Part shown: positions 59,695 to 64,000 of the stretch, in pieces
Layout: every line of letters starts with the position of its first letter
Numbering within the stretch: position 1 is the first letter of the stretch
Source of the DNA: a bacterium
GTDB lineage: Bacteria; CLD3; SB21
Length of the DNA stretch: 64,000 nt
NCBI GenBank assembly: GCA_013360215.1
Contig: JABWCP010000001.1
Coordinates: forward strand, 24,193-88,192
Direction: 5' to 3'
The notes under the pieces: generated by a model
Databases searched by the model: none
Told to the model about the DNA's origin: nothing
Seen by the model: only the letters and a program-made list of their open reading frames with translations
Program-made: the position numbers and the translations under genes

Positions 59695-59730
59695 AAGCCA
59701 AAAAAACAAAAGCCAACCGTAGGGCTGGCT
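59695..59730 (-). terminator. Rho-independent terminator downstream of the crp-family gene (minus-strand sense)
   Basis: On the minus strand, aagccagccctacggttggctt forms a hairpin followed by ttgttttttt. Confidence 0.45.
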
Positions 59731-59754
59731 TTGGGCTGCATTCCATATTTATTC

Positions 59755-60459
59755 TTAAACCAAATCTTTTTTAAATTTTTCAAAATCTCTGATCACAAGT
59801 TTATTACCATCTTTAGATACATAACCATCATTGATAAAACGCTGTAGCACCCGGGAGATCGTCTCGCGACTTGTTCCTGACATATTGGCCAAGTCCTGTT
59901 GCGTCGGTAAATTGGGAATTTCGATGGTACTGCCGTTATTGGGAATACCAATATCTTCGGCTAAGCGTGCGATCGTACCGGCTACTTTGCCGGTCGAATT
60001 TTTCAGCGATAGATTTTTAATCTGAGAATCGGATTTTCGCATACGACTTGCCAATTCACGCAGAAGTTGGATAGCGATTTGCGGAAATTCACTAAGTAAG
60101 TTGAGAAAATCATCCCGGTTAATAAGAAGCATCTCTGCATCTTTTGTACAAACCACATTAGCCGAACGCGACTGGCCATCTAGCAACGACAATTCGCCAA
60201 AAAAATCTCCCTCCGCCATAACAGCCAATATTACTTCACGGCCATCTTCACTGATGCGTGAAATTTTGACTTGCCCGGTCATCACAATAAAGAGCGTTTG
60301 GCCGCCTTCATCCTCGAAAAGCACAACCTGCTCTTTTGTGTAACTGCGTTGAAAGGCTACGTTCGCTATTTTCTCCAGGTCTTTAATACCAAGGCCGGAA
60401 AAAATAGGTACTATTTTTAGCGTCTCAAGTTTCCGCGTTACGGATTTGTTATCGTTCAT
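59755..60459 (-). CDS. Crp/Fnr-family transcriptional regulator
   Basis: cNMP-binding GDFFGELSLLDG, and the C-terminal HTH TQQDLANMSGTSRETISRVLQ. The ORF-track start at 60516 is TTG. ATG at 60459. Confidence 0.8.
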   Translation of the reverse strand: MNDNKSVTRKLETLKIVPIFSGLGIKDLEKIANVAFQRSYTKEQVVLFEDEGGQTLFIVMTGQVKISRISEDGREVILAVMAEGDFFGELSLLDGQSRSANVVCTKDAEMLLINRDDFLNLLSEFPQIAIQLLRELASRMRKSDSQIKNLSLKNSTGKVAGTIARLAEDIGIPNNGSTIEIPNLPTQQDLANMSGTSRETISRVLQRFINDGYVSKDGNKLVIRDFEKFKKDLV

Positions 60460-60523
60460 AGATATTGTTTGAAGGGATTTTGGAACGGCACAAAGTACAA
60501 TATTCGCATCCTGCAATCAAGAA

Positions 60524-61414
60524 CTAATTAGGTACAAGCACTTTGAGGCGCCCCGGCAGAATTTTAAAATGTAAGGTGTTATTTGTTTCGCGCGCTTCGC
60601 CGTCCATGTGATAATATATTTTACCGGACGGTATCACCTCGGCTTCCTGCACACGCAAGCTGACCACATCTTTGACTTTATCAATCGTACCGTTAAATAA
60701 ACGCCATCCGTTTAAAAGACCTTTAACAAAAGACATGGACTGTATCATGGAAATATCAAAGGCACCGTCATCCGGTAAGGCATTAGGGGCGATACGCGCA
60801 CCATTACCGTATTCATCCGTATTAGCTATCGCTAAGATAAAGGGTTTGCCGGAGTACAACACATCATCGGCTTTCAAAGTAAGCGCCACCGGCGCATAAC
60901 CATTGTACGCCGTGAGCGATAAATATACATACGGCAGAAGCCCGCGGCGCCCTTTGCGTTGATTAAAAAGCCGCCCGATGTAAGCATCGTAACCGATACC
61001 GGCAAATCCGAAAAATAACCGCTCCTGTGGGCCATCAGTGAGTTGCCCGACATCAATGCGGCGAACTTTTCCGTTTGGAATACCTTGTACTGCCGTGGAT
61101 GGCTTAAGTGGTATCGCCAAACCGCGTGCCAAACCATTGCCTGAACCGTAAGGGATAATCGTAAAAGCCGAATCAGAATCCATAACGCCCTGTGCCGTTT
61201 CATTGGCCGTGCCGTCTCCGCCTGCCGATGCGATAACATCATATCCTTGTTGCACTAAATTTCGCGCCATTACCGTCGCATCGCCCGGGCCTTGGGTTTT
61301 GTGTAATGTTATCGTATGACCCTGAGCAACCAATTTGCCGGCCAAAGCGCTAACCTCTTCGTATGCATTATGATGCGTTCCCGCACGCGGGTTGACGATA
61401 AAACCTATTTTCAT
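60524..61414 (-). CDS. Diacylglycerol/lipid kinase (YegS/DagK family)
   Basis: KIGFIVNPRAG and the GGDGT motif (ASAGGDGTANE). Confidence 0.8.
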   Translation of the reverse strand: MKIGFIVNPRAGTHHNAYEEVSALAGKLVAQGHTITLHKTQGPGDATVMARNLVQQGYDVIASAGGDGTANETAQGVMDSDSAFTIIPYGSGNGLARGLAIPLKPSTAVQGIPNGKVRRIDVGQLTDGPQERLFFGFAGIGYDAYIGRLFNQRKGRRGLLPYVYLSLTAYNGYAPVALTLKADDVLYSGKPFILAIANTDEYGNGARIAPNALPDDGAFDISMIQSMSFVKGLLNGWRLFNGTIDKVKDVVSLRVQEAEVIPSGKIYYHMDGEARETNNTLHFKILPGRLKVLVPN

Positions 61415-61425
61415 CTATTGTTCGA

Positions 61426-62514
61426 CTACACCTTTCCCAATTTTAACTGCAACGTAAGACGCTTCTTTTCGCGTAATACCTCGACATCTACGACATCGCC
61501 GGCACGCAAGTCGTCGCCTAACGTGATTTTTCGAAAATCGTATTCTGAATTGATCGGTTTATCATTGATTTTTACGATAAGATCGCCGACCAGCAATCCG
61601 GCATTTTCAGCCGGGCCGTTTTTGATAATTTCGGAAACGACGATACCTCGTAATTCTTTTAGACCAAGGTATTTGGCGATCATTTGATCCACCTGCTGAT
61701 AGCGAAAACCCATCGTAAAATAACGATCCACCTTACCGTTGGATTTTAGTTCGGATATAATTTTATCTATGCGATGAATCGGTATTGCAAACCCGATACC
61801 GATACTCGTTTTTGAAGTGTTACTTCCGCTGTAAATGAAAGTATTCATCCCTATCACTTCGCCATTACTGTTCAGTAAAGGCCCCCCGCTATTTCCACCG
61901 TTAATCGCAGCGTCGGTTTGTATCATGTTTTGGTAGACGTGATCGTTATCTACGAGCCCGAAATCACGATTGGTCGCACTGATCACACCGACCGTTACCG
62001 TAGGTTGGCTATTGATGTCAAACAAACCGAACGGATTGCCCATGGCAATAACCCATTCGCCGATAAGCAGTTTTTCCGAATCGCCAAATTCGAGATATTT
62101 GAGTTTGCGCTCCGGTTCGATCTTGAGTAACGCGATGTCCGTAGTTTTATCGCCGCCGACTATTTTAGCGGGATATTTTGTACCGTCGGTCAATGTAACA
62201 ACGATCTCTACGGCACCATTGATCACATGGTGATTGGTGACAATATACCCATCCGATGAGATGATGAAGCCCGACCCAAGGCCTTTGACTTTATCGTAAT
62301 ATTTTTGCTTCGGAAAAAATTGGCTGAAAAAATCGTCATTAAAAAAAGGATTCCCGTAGGTAAATTCTTGAATCTGTACGACGTTGATACCGACGACGGC
62401 AGGTAACGCCTTTTTGACGGAACGGGTAATCGCATTTTGACGCGACGACGTAATGTCATCTTGCGCAACAAGAGAGAAACATACGAAGAAAAATATTAAA
62501 CCCCAGCGCTTCAT
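61426..62514 (-). CDS. htrA: HtrA/DegP-family periplasmic serine protease with a PDZ domain
   Basis: Catalytic His TNHHVI and Ser GNSGGPL, then a C-terminal PDZ. The signal peptide fits the ATG at 62514. Confidence 0.85.
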   Translation of the reverse strand: MKRWGLIFFFVCFSLVAQDDITSSRQNAITRSVKKALPAVVGINVVQIQEFTYGNPFFNDDFFSQFFPKQKYYDKVKGLGSGFIISSDGYIVTNHHVINGAVEIVVTLTDGTKYPAKIVGGDKTTDIALLKIEPERKLKYLEFGDSEKLLIGEWVIAMGNPFGLFDINSQPTVTVGVISATNRDFGLVDNDHVYQNMIQTDAAINGGNSGGPLLNSNGEVIGMNTFIYSGSNTSKTSIGIGFAIPIHRIDKIISELKSNGKVDRYFTMGFRYQQVDQMIAKYLGLKELRGIVVSEIIKNGPAENAGLLVGDLIVKINDKPINSEYDFRKITLGDDLRAGDVVDVEVLREKKRLTLQLKLGKV

Positions 62515-62605
62515 CCGGAACCTCCTGAAATGTTGTACTTCATTATATGCAACCTTGCTTACGTAGGGTAAATCCAAAAGGTTCCGGCGCGTACTGATTC
62601 ATTCA

Positions 62606-63259
62606 TTATTTTCCGGCTTTTACTTTGGCCCAATCTTCAAGAAACTTTTTCAAACCGAGGTCGGTCAACGGATGCGCGATCAGCTGATCAATCACTTTAT
62701 AAGGCATCGTACAAACATGCGCACCGATCTGAGCGGCTTCGACCACATGCATCGGATGACGTACGCTGGCCACGAGAACCTGCGTCTCATACCCATAATT
62801 GATATACATATTCACGATTTCTTCGATAAGTTGCATACCGTTGGTGCTGATATCGTCAAGACGACCCACAAAAGGACTGATAAATGTGGCACCTGCTTTC
62901 GCAGCCATCAAAGCCTGATTGGGCGAAAAGCATAGCGTCACATTCGTCTTTATACCGTCCGACGTAAAACGTTTGCAAGCCTGTAAGCCGGATTTGATCA
63001 ATGGTAATTTGACCGTGATGTTGGAGTGAATTTTGGCTAATTCGTAACCTTCTTTGAGCATGCCGTCCAGATCGGTACTGACCACTTCCGCCGATATAGG
63101 TCCGTCAACGACTTTACAAATCTCTTTCAGCAAATCATGAAAATTGACATTTTTTTCGCGCGCTACCAGAGATGGGTTGGTTGTCACACCATCCAAAATG
63201 CCCAACGATGCGGCTTCGCGAATTTCATCTAAATTGGCGGTATCAATAAAAAACTTCAT
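62606..63259 (-). CDS. tal: Fructose-6-phosphate aldolase / short-form transaldolase
   Basis: 217 aa. [18 protein letters not shown] and ITVKLP show the TalC/FSA subfamily signature. Confidence 0.85.
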   Translation of the reverse strand: MKFFIDTANLDEIREAASLGILDGVTTNPSLVAREKNVNFHDLLKEICKVVDGPISAEVVSTDLDGMLKEGYELAKIHSNITVKLPLIKSGLQACKRFTSDGIKTNVTLCFSPNQALMAAKAGATFISPFVGRLDDISTNGMQLIEEIVNMYINYGYETQVLVASVRHPMHVVEAAQIGAHVCTMPYKVIDQLIAHPLTDLGLKKFLEDWAKVKAGK

Positions 63260-63474
63260 ACGACGACCTCCTGCGGTTAATAAACGGCCTCAACTCTTCG
63301 ATTAATTTTAGCAGAACGGTCTCAAAATAGCCCTTTGATTTTATCCAATCAAGGCTATTTCTGCATATGAAATTTATGCAAAGCACAAGCACATTATTGA
63401 TACATTTGTTTTTTCATTGTTATTTTTTTATATACTGACATAAGGTTGTCACTACGATCGTGTATATTTGATGT

Positions 63475-64000
63475 ATGGAATTTAAACTCAAATCCGATTA
63501 TGCCCTACAAGGCGATCAAAAAGAAGCCGTAGCCCATCTTGTGCGGGGCATCCGAGACGGACAGCAACACCAAACTCTATTGGGCGTTACCGGTTCAGGT
63601 AAAACATTTACCATGGCTAATGTCATAGCTCAGATCGGCAAACCTACCCTCGTACTCTCTCATAATAAGACTCTGGCGGCGCAGCTTTACGGTGAACTCA
63701 AACAATTTTTTCCGGACAATGCCGTCGAATATTTTATCAGTTATTACGATTATTACCAACCTGAAGCCTACGTCGCGTCAACGGACACCTACATCGCTAA
63801 AGATATGTCCATCAATGACGAAATCGAAAAATTACGTCTTCGCGCTACCAGTTCGTTATTGGAACGTCAGGATGTCATAATTGTCGCATCAGTAAGTTGT
63901 ATTTACGGCATCGGGTCACCGCAAGATTACAAAGATATGTTTGTTTTTGCAGAAAAAGGGCAAACCGTTGATCGTAATAAAATGCTCGCCCGTTTGGTAG
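63475..64000 (+). CDS. uvrB: Excinuclease ABC subunit B, 3' end truncated by the window edge
   Basis: Hand translation from ATG 63475 gives [23 protein letters not shown]...[15 protein letters not shown]...[10 protein letters not shown]. The frame stays open to the window end, so the ORF is absent from the supplied track. Confidence 0.9.
   Translation, partial: MEFKLKSDYALQGDQKEAVAHLVRGIRDGQQHQTLLGVTGSGKTFTMANVIAQIGKPTLVLSHNKTLAAQLYGELKQFFPDNAVEYFISYYDYYQPEAYVASTDTYIAKDMSINDEIEKLRLRATSSLLERQDVIIVASVSCIYGIGSPQDYKDMFVFAEKGQTVDRNKMLARLV

Noticed and set aside
1-64000. tRNA, rRNA, CRISPR arrays, IS elements, integrases or prophage genes
   Set aside because: A scan of intergenic regions found no tRNA-like T-arm (GTTCGAATC-type) in a structural context, no direct-repeat/spacer periodicity, no transposase, integrase or phage structural gene homologs, and no abrupt change in composition.

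Overview
The 64 kb window is a gene-dense bacterial chromosomal segment of roughly 45-50% GC by eye. No rRNA, tRNA, CRISPR array, IS element or prophage signal was seen. A type IX secretion (T9SS) C-terminal sorting domain on a 2234-aa surface protein suggests an FCB-superphylum-like organism (Bacteroidota, Ignavibacteria or Calditrichota-like). Shine-Dalgarno sites (AGGAGG, AAGGAGA) are present before some genes. The phylum call is inference only. Most of the window is housekeeping: ltaE, deoC, fbp, a modA-mop-modB-modC molybdate operon, ribD, lepA, cutA, folD, ggt, tlpA/dsbD, rlmN, polA, deoA, htrA, tal and uvrB. Five accessory regions stand out. (1) An 8-gene minus-strand operon at 51005-59654: hybrid histidine kinase, then REC-DUF4388 regulator, TrpH-like PHP phosphoesterase, a divergent RelA/SpoT-domain nucleotidyltransferase, a GT2 glycosyltransferase, a HAD hydrolase, a SAM methyltransferase and thymidine phosphorylase. 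(2) A signalling cluster at 9876-16976: a DUF58 protein, a response regulator with a Pro/Lys-repeat linker, a 1181-aa kinase-less multi-HPt scaffold, and a secreted beta-helix protein ending in a TonB C-terminal domain. (3) A bacterial eRF1/Pelota-like protein (baeRF-type) with a C-terminal zinc ribbon at 6911-8071. (4) An outer-membrane beta-barrel fused to a CxxCH cytochrome-c domain, followed by a paralogous cytochrome-c lipoprotein, at 8149-9830. (5) A T9SS cargo protein with seven lamin-tail-domain repeats at 25437-32141. All annotations rest on reading motifs in the supplied translations. Several ORF-track starts are TTG or GTG and were re-set to the nearest ATG or to operon-overlap signals where I could verify them.
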